Notes: generated by a model not told the origin, from the sequence alone. DNA of 64,000 bases from Azolla caroliniana (GCA_043228905.1 JBHGNT010000015.1:10168001-10232000), one strand, 5' to 3'. Counted from the first letter of the stretch, positions 1-13,573 are shown. Translations and numbers: made by a program.

Positions 1-250
1 GGTCTCCCAACTCTGACACAACTATATTGGTCGGTTTACTCACCGACTCAGATTTGGCTGTGCCGACTAGTTGTCTTCAAACTGCCGACTGTGTTAGTTC
101 GATTTTCCTTAAGTCAGTGGTAGTGGGATTCAACTGGGATGTCGATTTTGACTTCTATTGCTTGTAGTCCTCAATCATCTTGTCTTCCAAGAAGACTACG
201 TCCTGACTCCTCACTACCTTCTTGTTGACTAAGTCCCACAACCTATAGCG
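1..250 (-). pseudogene. Ty1/Copia pol fragment (C-terminal part of integrase region)
   Basis: Minus-strand translation gives YRLWDLVNKKVVRSQDVVFLEDKMIEDYKQ, matching the GYRLWD..VVRSRDVVF motif in the two intact Copias of this window. It is cut at about 251 by the next element. Confidence 0.75.
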
Positions 251-251
251 T

Positions 252-3200
252 TGTCTGCCTAAGTCGGCCTAGTGGGAGAAGTTGGAAGAAAAGGAAGGTG
301 TAGAGACATGAACAACCGTAGCATAATTATAAGGTCATAGGTACAGACCGAAGCATTATGAATGCCTAGAACGGTTCATGCTCCAAGCTAACCGACCATG
401 ACCCAGTATATAAAAGGGCATGGGAAACTTGTAAAAGGTAGCGTAGAATTTTGGGTAATCCTTGAATATAGTTTTGTTGCTCTGAATCGTTGTCTCTCTT
501 TGGTGGGTATACCATGTGGGTGATTAATTGTGTAAGTGATTCTATGTAAAGATTACGAATCGTGCGAAGGAAGTCGGTTGTAGCCATCTTCCTACTTCTC
601 TTTCCCCTAAGCTTATGTCATGCTACGCATTACGCTCACAACCATTCATGAATAGGTTGTATACGCTCTCCATTCCTTGCACCATAATCTTCTTGAGTTG
701 TACCACAAAGAACCGAGGGTAGGCAGTGTTCACCCTCGCCGGTAACACTTTTGGCACGCTTGGTGATCTGTGATTTTCAGAAACAAACCTCAGGGAATGG
801 ATGTCTAGTCTAACCGCTGACACAACAAAGAACCAATTCGCCAAGTTAGACGATAGACCCAAGCTGAAACCCGAAGGGCAGCAGAACACTTTGCGCAAAA
901 AGCATGCCTCAACAATTGCTTTCCGGATCTCTCAGAGAGTACACTTGAGTCTATGCTCATTGAGCAAAGTGGGACTAGGCAGGAGGTCCTATCCCCACTT
1001 CACTACCATGGTGAAACCACCAGCACAACACAAACCTCCCCACACCACATCGGTGGTACTTACCCCAGCTTCAGACAATACACTCCAATCACTTTCTCGT
1101 ACCCCTACTTCAGCGGAGAAACCTACATCGAAGGTCATGTTCGATCGTTCCAAAATGTTTGGAATGCCAACCATGTGTTGTAATGGCTTCTATAAGCCAA
1201 AGCCCAGGCTTCCAAAATCGCAGAGTTTGGCCTGACCCTCGACGAACCATCTTGACATTGTGACTTTCACCTTCTTCAACCAACTTCACTCGGTGTTTTT
1301 ACGCTTCTTTCATCGAAGCATTCCGTAATGCAAAATTATCAGCCAATTCTACTCTATTCGGAAGCTCCGGTAGGAGTCCGTCGTTGATTTCAGCCTACAG
1401 TTCCAGAATGTAAGGCATTAGCTGACAAGAGCTCCCACGGAAGATTAGGCAAAAGAAATGTTTTTGGCTGCCTTGCGCCGACCCTTGCGGACGACGTTGC
1501 GGTCATTGAACGGGCCTTATAGCTAGAATTAGAAGACGAGGATGATGGGTTGCCCATGGCGTCGTTACGGCAAGCGTTACCAAGAGACAAGGAGTATCCT
1601 TTCCAATAGGCCATCCAATGCACAATTTGTTTAAGCCCGGGACACTCAACGGTTGATTGCAACATGAGAGTCTATTGTCCTATTTGTCACTCGTGGCGCA
1701 TTCGGTGGACCAATGAGAATATAATATGTTAAATCGCCCTATAACACCACTATGCCGTATCGAGCCTCAATGTTCTAATCGACAAAGCGATCAGAGCGAA
1801 CAAGAAGAGCGCTACCAGAGTTCGGAGCGCAATCATCGCTCAGGCCAACCGAATCATCCTCACCGCGAAAATGATCCATATTTGGAGGATGAGGATGAGG
1901 AGGACGAGGAGTATCCAAGAAATTATCGCTATAATCCTCAGGGAGGACGATCCTACAGCAACTGGTGTCCCACTAATAATCGTGATGGGCATGCTGAGTC
2001 ACATTTGTACGACAGAAATCGACAATTGTGGAATCAGGGAATCCACGATGACAATTCAGAGGATGAGTGTTGCCAGGATGACCACCGCGATTAGTGCCGA
2101 AAGCCCCATAATAACAGACATTACCAATGATCTCAAGATGAGCAAACGCCACCGGCCGAGCCGGTAGCACCCCCCATCGTCGAAAAAGGGGAGTCTAGTG
2201 TCCATTGTTTTATTTGCCAACAATCGGGACATTACGCAACTCAATGTCCGCGACGCGATAAGAGAAAAGGGCCAGCCGTGAACACCATTATAGCGGAAGT
2301 CCAACAAGTTACGACCCGCATGATACGACACCGATGGAGGACCCGATATGGCAAGCACATGGGGATTGTTAGCTGACTCTGACAATGGATAAGTTATTGA
2401 ACCTGGTTCCTCAATTCCGGCAGGCTATGGGAACACAAACACAAGGCTTGGATAGAGTCGAGATTCTGACCAATTTTATAGAGTCTAGCATGGGACTAGC
2501 GGTGATCGACCATCAAAATCCGGGAATCAAGGTGGTTTTGCAAGGTGAGGAAATCCCAGGATGTATTGTCAATGGAGGTTCCGGTCTGAACGTTATCAAT
2601 AAAGGGACATGTAATCGTCTAGGCATTACAGAGTGGGAAGTATGCCCATTGTGGCTCTGTATGGCGGATACACATTCCGTCCGACCATTGGGGTTGGTCA
2701 GAAAACTAAAAATCGTGATAGGTGGCCATGCTTTTGAAATAGGAGTCGTCGTCCTGGCTCTCGATGCCTTGATGCATAGCCTATCTTGCTAGGTCGTCCA
2801 TGGTTACGTTCCGCTAATATCAAGCTGAACTGGCAGTTCAACAATATTAGCTTCCGACAGGCCCAAGCCAAAGTTCAGGTTCCAACGTAGGAGTCGACAT
2901 CACCCATAAAAGTGATAACGCCGCTTTACACAGAAGAAGTCAACATACTGGAAGGGCTAGACGAGACGGAAATCAAGGCATATCTAGACAAGAATCCAGG
3001 AATAGTACCGTTGTTCGAAATAGTCATCGGAACGGCCAACGGGTACATCACGGTAGTCGCGCTAGATGGGGAGGAATACGAACGTCAAACGAAAATCACT
3101 ATTGGAACTTAGCAGGGCACATGACGCGTTTGATCGAGAAATGGAAATGTCTTGACTGGTTACAATGTCAGCCTTGGAGGAAATTAATGTAGGGATGCTC

Positions 3201-3441
3201 GGGGCACCACGGCCTCTGTCCATAGCAAAGGACCTTACACCTCCTAAATGGGTGGCGATGATCGACCTATTGCGGGAATACAAGGATGTATTTGCTTGGT
3301 GACACGAAGATATGAAGGGACTGGATCCCAAGTGTTACTAGCATTAGATCAATTTGGTAACGGTCACTAGGTCTGTCCAGCAAAGGCGCTACCGAATTAA
3401 CCCTAATTACGCGGCACGCGTAAAAGAAGAAATTGATAAAT
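252..3441 (+). mobile_element. Degenerate, 3'-truncated non-chromoviral Ty3/Gypsy element (Tat/Athila-like): putative LTR, gag, protease, start of RT
   Basis: Starts TGTC at 252 with a TATATAAAAGG near 407; the LTR end is not resolved. Zn knuckle CFICQQSGHYATQC lies near 2205. ORF 2385-2792 has the protease-like IVNGGSGLNVI. The region 3270-3440 reads LLREYKDVFAW..DMKGLDP..VQQRRYRINPNYAARVKEEIDKL. Many stops and frameshifts. Confidence 0.7.
2385..2792 (+). pseudogene. Retroviral-type aspartic protease remnant of the Gypsy element
   Basis: ORF track reads CIVNGGSGLNVI..MADTHSVRPLGLV..FEIGVVVL, with the catalytic D replaced by N. LLGRPWL follows in another frame. Confidence 0.7.
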
Positions 3442-3819
3442 TGTCACGGATGAACAATTGGAGATAAAGAGATGGGTAAGTTTATGAGATATGGAGATCG
3501 AGTAGTTGATGATAATGAGTAAAAGTATCTATTCCATGACTGGTGTTGATCTCCTTGATGTTAACAAGGGAGATTAACCCTTTTTATACATGTAGTGATG
3601 CATGATAAGCATGCTCATGCCTAGTCTTACATACTATAATATCAAGCATACTAATTCTTGCATGCCAAGTCTTACATACTGAGTCTTACATACTAGGTCT
3701 TACATATTGAGTCTTACATACCACTCTTTATACAAAAGTTTGAAGTCTAAAGTTTGTCTAGGAGAAATATATATATATACAAGGGCCTAAGGTTCACATT
3801 TGAGTCGATGTTTATGACA
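3442..3819 (-). repeat. 3' LTR of the chromovirus (378 bp)
   Basis: TGTCA...TGACA termini, adjacent to the PPT. It interrupts the upstream Gypsy RT in mid-motif. Confidence 0.8.
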
Positions 3820-3843
3820 TTATCCTCCCCTTAAGTGCGGACT

Positions 3844-6800
3844 TCAAGAAGGTGCGGGTTTGTACAGATATTGGAGATGAAAATTATGAACCACTTCCGG
3901 GGCATTTAGTAAATTTCTAGCGGGCTCCCATTTAGCCTTAGAGATGGGATATCCTTTCCATAATACAAGATATTGGAACTTTCGCCGGCTCTTCCGCGAG
4001 TCCAAAATGGTCTCGACTTCATACTCATCCCCAATCGCCAAAGCCACAGGGGGAGGTGGCTCGATGCTTCTTCCTGGAATTGAGGATGGATGATAGAGCT
4101 CAAGAAGTGATTCATGGAAGACATTGTGAATTCGGTAGTGTGATGGAAGAGCAAGACGGAAAGCCACAGGGTCGACTTTATCAATGATGCGGAATGGACC
4201 CAACTTTTTGTAATCAAGTTTGTTGCATGGGCGAGTTGTCGAAATATGCCGATGTAATAACCAAACCATGTCATCGACTTTGAAACCAGGCGCAACCCGT
4301 CGATGTTGATTAGCCTTCTCTTTGTGTCGTTCCTGACCAATGGAGAGTTCTAGGGATAGGTCATGATGCACTTCTTTCAACAGACGAGCTCGTTCTTCAG
4401 CAGATGGATTCACAGAACCAGCAGGGATAGCTATGCTAAAGCATGGGTGGAACCCATAATTTGCGAAGAAGGGTGTTACGCTAGTTGATGTGTGGAGAGT
4501 ATTGTTGTAGGCGAACTCAGCCATTAGAAGAAATTTGATCCAATCATCTTGTTGATAACTTATCATACATCGAAGATATTGCTCTAGGATCTGATTTACT
4601 CATTCTGTTTGGCCGTCTATCTCAAGATGGAAGACCGTTGAAAATTTTGTGGAAGTTCCAAGAGTCCGGAAGAGGCGCGTCCAGAAATGAGACATAAACT
4701 GGGGACCACGATCAGAGATAATGTCATCCGGTAAACCAATGAAGCCGCACAATATTTGTTAACAATAGATCTATTGTTTCCATCCTGAAATTGCTTTAGA
4801 ACATGGAATAAAATGTGCCATCTTTGTGGATCTATCCACCACCACCAATACTGAATTGAATCCCTCAATGTTGGGAAGGTCGGTGATAAAATCCATCGAG
4901 ATGGAGGCCCATGGCCTACTTGGAATTGGCAAAGGTTGAAGTAGACCGTAGGGACGATGATGTACTGCTTTGGCGCGGGCACATGTATCACATGTTTTCA
5001 CAAATTTTTTAGCGAGTTTCCAAGGTTGCAGCCACCAATAACTTCTAGAGATTAACTCCAAAGTTTTTGCAATGCCAAAATGTCCAGCTAGGCTGTCATC
5101 ATGGCATTCCTTCTTGATACGAATATGACAAGGACCATCTGGGACATACATTAAGTTGTTCTGGAAAACAAAACCATCTCGAAACATAAATTGGTCTTGA
5201 CTATTCCGTACCTCCTTTATGGTTGATTTGTTGACTCGATTCTCCTTAATTTCTTTTGCAAATTTGTCAGTGGTAGTATCTATGGCTATTGCGTTGAGTA
5301 ATGATTCATCCGCACCCATATATGTTGCGAAGAGTTGAATCTGATGTGGCTGTAGGAGACAACATGATTGTTGATTGTAGGTCTCATCTCCTGGTTGGAT
5401 TTCGAATTTCAAACACCGAGATAGGGCATCGGCTTTACCATGTTGGGCACCGGGACGAAAAACAATTTCAAAGTTGTAGTCAGCTAGGAAGGTCGACCAC
5501 CACGCTTGCCTCCAGTTCAAAATGCGAGTAGTGGTGAGGTAGACGAGGTTCCTATGATCAGTCACCACCTGGACACGACATTGGGCGCTTGCTAAGTAAG
5601 GACACCATTCTTCAAATATTGCAATAATGGCAGAGAGTTCTTTGTCATAAACTGGGTAGTTGATCTCGGGAGGTGTGAACTTCCGAGAATAAAAGGCAAC
5701 AGGATGAAAATTCCCATTGTTATTTGATTGAGAGAGAATGGCACCGATGGCGAAGTCAGAGCCATCAGTTTCGATCGTAAATGATTTGGTCAAATCTGGG
5801 TGTAGAAGTACCTGAGCCGAGGTAAAAGATTTCTTTAGTGTCTCAAATGCTAGTTGGGTTGTAGGAGTCCAACAAAAAGGGGAATCCTTCCGAGTGAGTG
5901 CTATAAATGGTTGCGCAATGTAGAGAATCCTTGAATGAATCGATGATAGAAGTTGGCAAAACCCAAAAATGATTGCACATCCTTGACCCTAGTGGGGACT
6001 TCCCACTCTTGAACCGTTTCGACTTTCTTCTCGTCCATATTGAGACCATCAGATGAAATGACATACCCAAGGAATTCAATTGAGGTTCGATCAAACTCAC
6101 ACTTCTCGGGTTTCACATAAAGTCCATGTTCCCGAATTTTGGACAAGATAAGTCGAACATGCTTGGTGTGCTCTATGTAGTCCTGTGAGAAGATAAGTAT
6201 GTCATCGAGATAGATGACCACAAATTGGTCTAGATATTCTCGGAAGATGTCATGCATCATATGCTGGAAAATGGCAGGAGAATTTGTGAGACCAAATGGC
6301 CTTACCATGTATTCAAAATGCCCATACCTGGTTCGAAATGCCATTTTCCACTCATCTCTAGGTTTGATGCGCACCAAGTTGTAGGCACCTCTGAGATGGA
6401 TTTTGGAGAATATATGCCCAGCCCAAAGTCGGTCGAGGAGTTCGGGGATTAGAGGTAGTGGATAGTGGTTTCGAACCGTGACTCCATTGAGCCTGCGATA
6501 GTCGATACATAGGCATAACGTTCCATCTTTCTTTTTGACAAATAGAATAGGAGAGCCAGCTGGAGATTTTAAGTGGTGAATGAATCCATTTGCGAGATTC
6601 TCTTCAATGTATATTTTGAGTGTCTTGAGTTCAAGTTTAGATAACCCATAAATAGGGCCAAATGGAGGACAAGCACTACCTTTCAAGTCAATTGGACAAT
6701 CGTATGGGCGATGTTTAGGCAGGCGATCATCATTTTTCTTCTCAAATACATCAAAGAAATCAATGTATTTTGATGGAAAAGAGCTAGTACATAGAGTAGT

Positions 6801-7526
6801 ATCTAGAGTGGACATGACTGCCATGTCCTTAGAATTAGAAATGGATGCAAACAACACTGTATCACTTACCCGAACAAGAGTTGGAACTGTTTCTGAGGCT
6901 GACACGGAACTTACTATTGATGTTGTTTCTATTGGAGCAACCGTTGACATGGTTCTTGACAAAGAGGAAATGGGAGAGACCGACAACCTAGTCCTCACCG
7001 GAGCAGAAACATGAGTGGGAGCGACTGTTGACGTGGTCCTCATTGCAGCAGAAACTGGAATCGAAGCAACCATTGATGTGGTTCTCACTGGAGCAGAAAT
7101 GGGAGTTGTCCCCGAAACATGAGTGGGAGCAACCGTTGAGACGGTCCTGACCGGAGTAGGTGGCCAAATGAATGGCGGAGCATTGGCTCGAAGAAGGGTG
7201 GACGTAATCCCTTGTAAGTGAAATTTTGAGGTGAAGTTGATGAAGCGAGATCGCCTATCCACAACTGGATTGTGAGTCTCGAGCCATGATAACCCCAAGA
7301 TGATAGGATGTCGAGGTGATGTGATGAGGTTAAAAGTGATTTCTTCCTGGTGGGCTCCTATGTGGAGACCCAAGGGAATTGTTGTATCGGTGATGGCACT
7401 AGAAGAGAGCGTTTGACCGTCGATCACTTCAACTGGAATCGGGATGGTTATTTTGTTGCTTGGAATGTTGTGTTTCCGTGCAAACATGATGTCAATAAAG
7501 CATGACGTAGCCCCAGAATCCAACAA
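3844..7526 (-). pseudogene. pol: Chromovirus pol (frameshifted): protease, RT, RNase H, integrase, chromodomain
   Basis: ORFs 5901-7526, 5843-6100, 4771-5793 and 3844-4566 give consecutive pol pieces. The C-terminal EYEVETILDSR..QYLVLWKGYP..WEP is a chromodomain. Confidence 0.9.
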
Positions 7527-7664
7527 AGCTTTTGTCCTCAGAGTGGTAGAGCCAAACTAAAGAGTAATCGGAAGCGTGAAGCTTGTTGTCGAGGAAGTCA
7601 GTTGATTGGGCCCTTGACATAATTGTCGACTCTTGTGGTCCAGATCTACATTGGAGTTTTCCTG

Positions 7665-8270
7665 TTAACAGGAAATGTCAACTCCATCCACACGATGTGG
7701 TGTTTGACGGGGTTCCTTTTTTAGGCAAGAGTAGATCAAATGGTCAGGGCCGCCACAATAGAGACATAAATTGTTGGCACGTCGATGTTGTCGTTGCACA
7801 TTAGTCAATGGTCGGTAGCGAATTCGATCGATCTCCATTGGCGAGCTAGAATTTGTTGTGGGAGTTGAAGATAAAGTGGAGGACGACATGGGAGGTGGGG
7901 TCGTCAACCATGGTAGGTGACTTCGCGTAGCTGCTGGCCAAGGTGGATGGATCCGGTGAGGATGTTCCTCTTGCCGGAACTCAAAGAGATAGTTATCGCA
8001 GTGCACAGCTTGGAAAATAGCCTCATTCAAAGATGTGGGCTCAGGACAGTTAAGTAAAAGATTTTTTATCTCACCTCGTAATCCTTGGCGGAATTGATCG
8101 AGGAGGGCTTGTCCGTCCCACTTGACATTGCACAGGAGCTGATGAAACTCGGATGCATAGATTGATGCCACACGATCTCCTTGTTGTAACGCGTATAGTT
8201 TGTTGAGTGTGGCTCGTCGTTTGTCGGTCTCCCCAAAAGTTGCCTCAAATTCGGTAAGAAATGCTCTTAA
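7665..8270 (-). pseudogene. gag: Chromovirus gag, N-terminally truncated
   Basis: Contains LQQG..YASEF..QFRQGL, the PMEID motif and the Zn knuckle LCLYCGGPDHLIYSC. Similarity is lost above about 8270. Confidence 0.8.
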
Positions 8271-8399
8271 ATCCTTTCTTGCTAAAGTTAGTGCAAACTT
8301 CGAAATTATCCTACTGGTCCAGAACCCCAGTGGTATCACCTCATGATCCGCGCCTAGTGACGCATCTTCACGACAACGCACAACACAAGGAAGGCTTAC

Positions 8400-8750
8400 A
8401 CAAACAAGGCACGAGTATTCAAACGTGTTTGTGAAAAGGAGAGGTGCACGGGCAAGCCCGAATCAACCCCTAGTCACAAGTCACACGAACACACAATCAA
8501 GATTTACACTAACACGCAAGACACGAAAGTTTGAATGTCTTTGTGAAATGAGAGGTGCATGAGCAAGCCTGAAATGCTCCCTTTTCACAAGAAACACAAA
8601 CAAATAAGCACAAACGACAATAACATATAAGATACATAAGTTTGAATGCCTTTGTGAAAGGAGAGGTGCATGGGCAAGCCCGAAACGCTCCCTTGTCACA
8701 AGACACACAAACAAATAAGCAAAAATGACGATAACATATTAGATATGTAG
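8400..8750. repeat. Three diverged ~110-bp tandem units
   Basis: TTTGTGAAA.GAGAGGTGCA.G.GCAAGCC.GAA recurs near 8428, 8540 and 8651. Confidence 0.6.
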
Positions 8751-9434
8751 GTGAAATCAAACACTATTTTATTGCAATATAATAGATTCTTTTATAAAAT
8801 AAGAATCAAATTTTCAACGGGTTTGATATGAATATGAGAGATAATTTATAAAGGAAGGGGGAAGAGAGGTGGAGGAAAGAAGAGAGTGGAATATAGAAGA
8901 AAGTGATTCTTTGTTGATGATGCCTCTCAATGTTGTCAATCCTTCTTCTTTGGCTTTCCAATTGAGTAGAGCTTCCGCGTTCCTTCTCTCCCCCCCCCCC
9001 CCCCCCCCCCCTTTTTCTTCATTAGAATAGGCTCTTATTTATAGGTTTAGGATTGCTTGCCTTTTTCTCCTAAAAAAAAGCTTGTCTATATGAGTCAACT
9101 TTTCCTTTCCTCACTATTTCTGTTTTCTAGCCTCCAATTTCTAGCCTAAAAAAAAGCTCGAGCGTTTTTCTCTACTGTGCTCCTCATATCCACGCATGCT
9201 TCTTTTTTTTTCCACTCCATCTTTTTCTCTACTTTTGTCTACTTTTGAAAAGTGCCTCTAACTTAATATTCATCATTATTTATCGTAAGGTTCAATACTT
9301 TGACGTTTTATTTATAAGGAGTTATCATGGCGAATGAAAAAGTATTTTTGCTACCAATAAAGTTGACTTCACAATACTATTTTATTTGAACTACTATTTT
9401 ACTTCTTTTTGAGGGTGGTTTCACACTGTGTTAG

Positions 9435-10400
9435 AAACATCACGACACTGGCACAAAACGTGAGCATTGGAGGAAGCCGTTACTTCGTAACCTTCATCGA
9501 TGACTTCACTCGGCAGACTTGGGCGTGCTTGATTGCGAAAAAGATTGAAGTCTTCGTGTGTTTCTTGAAGGTGCAAGGCCTTGCGGAAAGGGAAACCGGG
9601 CGAAAGATCAAGTGCCTAAGGTCCTATGGTGAGAAGTAGTACTTCTCCGACTAGTTCTCGAGTTATCTATAGAAGGAGGGAATTCGAAGTCAATTCTCTT
9701 GTAGATATATACTGTAGCAAAACGTCATGGCCGAGAGGAAGAATCAGATGAAAGAGTAGGCGGCAAGGGAAATTCTTGAAGAGAAGCATCTACTGAAGTT
9801 CTATTGGACTGAAGCTATCACAATAGCCACCTACCTCCAGAATTGGGCATTTGCCAATGCAGGAGTGTCACCACATGAGCTGTACTTCAAGAAGAAGCGG
9901 AACTTGGCACACTTGAGGGTTTTCGAGAGCATCACGTATGCGCATGTGCCGAAGGAGAAACAGAGGAAGTTGGATGCCAAAGCTGAGAATTGTATAACTT
10001 GGTTGGTTACTCGGACGAACAAAAGGGTTGTATGTGTTATAACCCCCGAACCAAGCAAGCTTGCGTAAGTCGTGATGTTGTGTTCGACGTGTCCGCATCG
10101 TGGTACTTGCCTTTGCCTCCAACCCGTGACGACTCCATTATGATCTCTGACGAAGAGGTCACAAAGGCTGAAATGCCTCGGGATGAAGGATACATCGGAG
10201 CTCTTGAAGAGAGTCCGATCTCATTCAGACTAAGTGGGCCGAATGAGTGACTGAGTCGGCATGACCAGTCAGACGCAAAGCCGGCGAGTAGTGGAGACTC
10301 GGCCATGCATTCCCTGCGCAGAAAGCCGAGGAGATGATTTACGCGCAAAGAGAAGGGAAAGAAGAAGATGTTGGAGTACGGTGTCGTGAAGTAGGAAAGC
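9435..10400 (+). pseudogene. Degenerate Ty1/Copia integrase fragment
   Basis: SIGGSRYFVTFIDDFTR, ERETGRKIKCLRS, HLRVFES, RKLDAKA, VGYSDEQKG and VSRDVVFD occur across several frames with stops. Confidence 0.85.
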
Positions 10401-10668
10401 TTCACAATAGAAGTCTACAATAAGATAAATATGTAACTAAAATAAAATAAATCTTGATAATATTTTATACATAAAGATAATATTAACAACACACTATGAT
10501 AATATTATACATTATATGTAGTGGTAAATAAAATATATATATGTAATATATTACATGCACACCATATAGCATATTACATGGGCAAAAGTGGACTTGAACC
10601 AACAACCAACCTTATGGCATTCAAATCTTACCATTTAACCTATACTTGTGATGTATATAAAACATATG

Positions 10669-11094
10669 TGTTGTACTATTGTATGGTTTAAACCATGAAA
10701 TGTACTACATGTGCACCATATAGCACACATGCAAGAGCCTCTCTACATGTGTGCCACATGGCCCACATGTAGAACCATCTCTTCCCTATAAAAGGAGAAG
10801 GGAGTATGGTCACAAGGGATATGAAAGGAATTCAAATCGAAACACTATATTATATGATATACCAAGACAATCAAATAGAATTATATTACATGAGAGATAT
10901 CATAAGATAGAAAGAGCAAGAGAAGAAGAAAAGACAAGAGAAGAGCTAGTTTTGCGGTTGTGGTGCTCAACTCGCAACAATAGGGCGGCAGTTCGATTCT
11001 TATCTTCATAGAAATATTGAAGTGAAGATTGTTGTGGCTTACTATTAAGAAATAGAAGAGCGATTACCTTATGAGACAAAGTTCGAATTCAACA
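10669..11094 (+). mobile_element. Possible solo LTR (Copia-type termini)
   Basis: TGTTG...CAACA ends and an internal CCTATAAAAGG. The flanks ATATG and ATGCT do not form a TSD. Confidence 0.35.
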
Positions 11095-11532
11095 ATGCTC
11101 GCAACCATTTTTTAACTCTTTCATCAAATAATTATAAATCTCTTTTATTGCTTCAAATATCATTAACACGTTCGCGTTCACAAGTGGAAGGATCGCGCAT
11201 AAATGGAAGGATAAGGAAAATTTTGGTTGATTTTAGGGCTTTTTCAATGATTTTACAAAACACGTTGATACTAGTATCATACATGTTCAAACATACTATG
11301 AAAAAGGTTAAAAATCCACTATTTTCGTGATTTAGAAGTAAATAATAAAAGAGGAATTTCAAAAAGTTACATTCTCAATTTATATCACAAACTTTACAAC
11401 CAATGTTATTTTATAAGAAACAAATTTTTAGAAATCATAAGAATTCAAAACACATGCTTTTATATTACTCGATTTGTTAAAAGCGGAATGTAGTTACACT
11501 TAATAGCCAAAAATACATTCATGATCACTCCT

Positions 11533-13547
11533 TTACGGAGAATCACTACTATAACTAATATACAATGACGATTCCTCCTCGTCATCCTCGGATGTACCAA
11601 TCAGTGCATTATCTTTGTCATAAACCAAATGGTTTGACTCTAGATTATATGTAGCAGATCTCGTTTGCCTTTGACTCGAGCCACCTTGTAGACCTGGTAA
11701 TTTTTCTTTTATTATATCTATTGTTGACTTCCTTAATCGTCCAGCTTTTGTAAGCGTGAAGTCATACACGATGATATCCACATCAGAGATATCAAGGGTC
11801 GAGGTGTTACGAATGTTTCACTTCCTCTTCCTACCTCCCCTTGTTGGGTATTCAATCATCTGCAATGTATACTTACATGTAAAAGCATTTGCACTTCTAG
11901 TGTTGTACCAATGAACGTTTATAGACTTGATCGTGTTTTCTATTTTATGCATTAGCACTTCTAGAATTTTAGCAACCCAAAATTGGTGCCCATGTGAGTT
12001 CTCATCAGCAGGCGTTGCAATCAACATCCTTGCCGTGAGCTTTTGCAAATTGCCTTGACATCTAGCTTCGGTTGCTTTGGTCATCCTTGGTCCCACATAA
12101 ATGTCTCTTTGTTGTGGATGGACCAAACTGTCATTAATCGCATTTGTTGGTTGCTCCGGAGTTTTATTTACACGATCATGTTGCAGCGACCATGAGAATG
12201 GCGTTTCCAAATTCCAATTATCACCAAATACACAATTGTCTATAATTCCTTTCTGATCACTATAAAATACATCCCACCATGACGTGTCTTGTTGTGTGGA
12301 AAATTTCTTGGCGGTCTCAATATGTTTTCTTTTTTCTTCTAAGGCTTGGAGCCATAACCGTTTTTGTTTCGATACCAAGTCAATATGCAACTGTCCTTTC
12401 TTCTCAATTGGCATTTGCTTAGCTCCATGGATAATTGTACTCGACATACAAAGTAATAACTGGCAACCACCTTCAGGTTCCCATGTTGTAGAAGATGAAT
12501 ATTGTTTAGCATACAAAAGCGTAGAACCACTTATTTCATTTTTCTTTATCATAAAAATGTGATTGAAACTTATATTGTTTAACTGGGTGAGCACTTTAAC
12601 ATTCCCAACACCCCCATCTGATATATATCTCTTAAAGTCATAAACCACCTTCAAGTGTAACACTTTTGGGCATGGTATATATGCATCACAAATGACATCA
12701 AATAGTTTAGGTAATGTGAAAGCACCATGCCAAGACAACTGTATGGAGAATGTGTTAAACATCTGATCTATATGATCATGTGTGTGGCCTACCAAAAAAA
12801 AATCGACTTTCACTTTTCTAAACAATCCTTGGTTGACCAACATACTTAGATAGCCAAACACAGTTGAATTTTTGTTCTCTCTAGCAGTATTGTCCAATTG
12901 AATGTATAGAACAGGGGGGAAAGGTTGGCCCCAAGACATCAAAACTCGGTGAATCACTGTAACTATTAGGTTAGGGTCATTGTCAACATTGGGGTATATA
13001 ATGAAGACGTGAGGTCCCACTGACCTATTATAAGTGCATTTGAACAAGGCACTCATCATTGACGTCTTTGGGGAGCCTCCGCATATGCGGTAAGCACGTC
13101 TTCTTCTGGTCCATGCCATCTATCCTTAAGCACATGTATTGTTCGGGCCTCTTCAAACACTTCACTCTATGATGCATCGCCTTCTTTTGTTCTAACAATT
13201 GTGCCTCATGATGCTCTTATAGTAACTTCGTGCTCATATCCTTTTCCATTAATGTCTTTGCACCTTTAGCCAAACTTTTAAGATTTGCACAAATGGAGCA
13301 ATACCCCATGCATACATTACGTGGAATGATAACATTTGAAAACCGAGCTCTCCATAATCTTGTGAATTGGCTATATGTGATAGACTTATTACGTGAGCCC
13401 ACCATATCAAATCGATAGACATCATAAACTTCCAGACTTGTGTAATTATCAGAGAGGTGTACCTGTAGTGGGCATTACTTCACAATTTAACTGAAAGTAA
13501 CTTTTCATCCAACCAATAGCATGTCTTCCAATTGCACCTTTCATACT
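11533..13547 (-). pseudogene. Sola1-like DDD transposase gene, decayed and 5'-truncated by the Sola2-like element
   Basis: ORF 11818-13119 has LYIQLDNTARENKN and FFLVGHTHDHIDQMF. Upstream pieces read FTRLWRARF..CSIC (13217-13405) and AIGWMKSYFQLNCEVMP (to 13547); a C-terminal piece is at 11533-11817. The family call is from recalled motifs, not a search. Confidence 0.6.
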
Positions 13548-13573
13548 GGGTCGAAGCATGCTACGGTGTACCA
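13548..13573 (+). repeat. Left TIR of the Sola2-like element
   Basis: GGGTCGAAGCATGCTACGGTGTACCA. Confidence 0.85.

Larger units (their letters stand above)
3442..8270 (-). mobile_element. 5'-truncated chromoviral Ty3/Gypsy retrotransposon (gag-PR-RT-RH-INT-chromodomain, 3' LTR)
   Basis: Domain order is PR (LDSGATS), RT (YLDDILI), RNase H (ETDGSDFAIGA), INT (HHCC, SMDFI), GPF and chromodomain. The PPT AAGGGGAGGATAA at 3820-3832 abuts the LTR. No second LTR was found. Confidence 0.9.

Noticed and set aside
8331-8340. TGGTATCACC as a Met PBS
   Set aside because: Only 8 nt match, and it is not preceded by an LTR CA end.
8990-9011. Poly-C tract as a G-quadruplex or regulatory feature
   Set aside because: A simple homopolymer in TE-derived sequence, with unreliable length and no supporting context.
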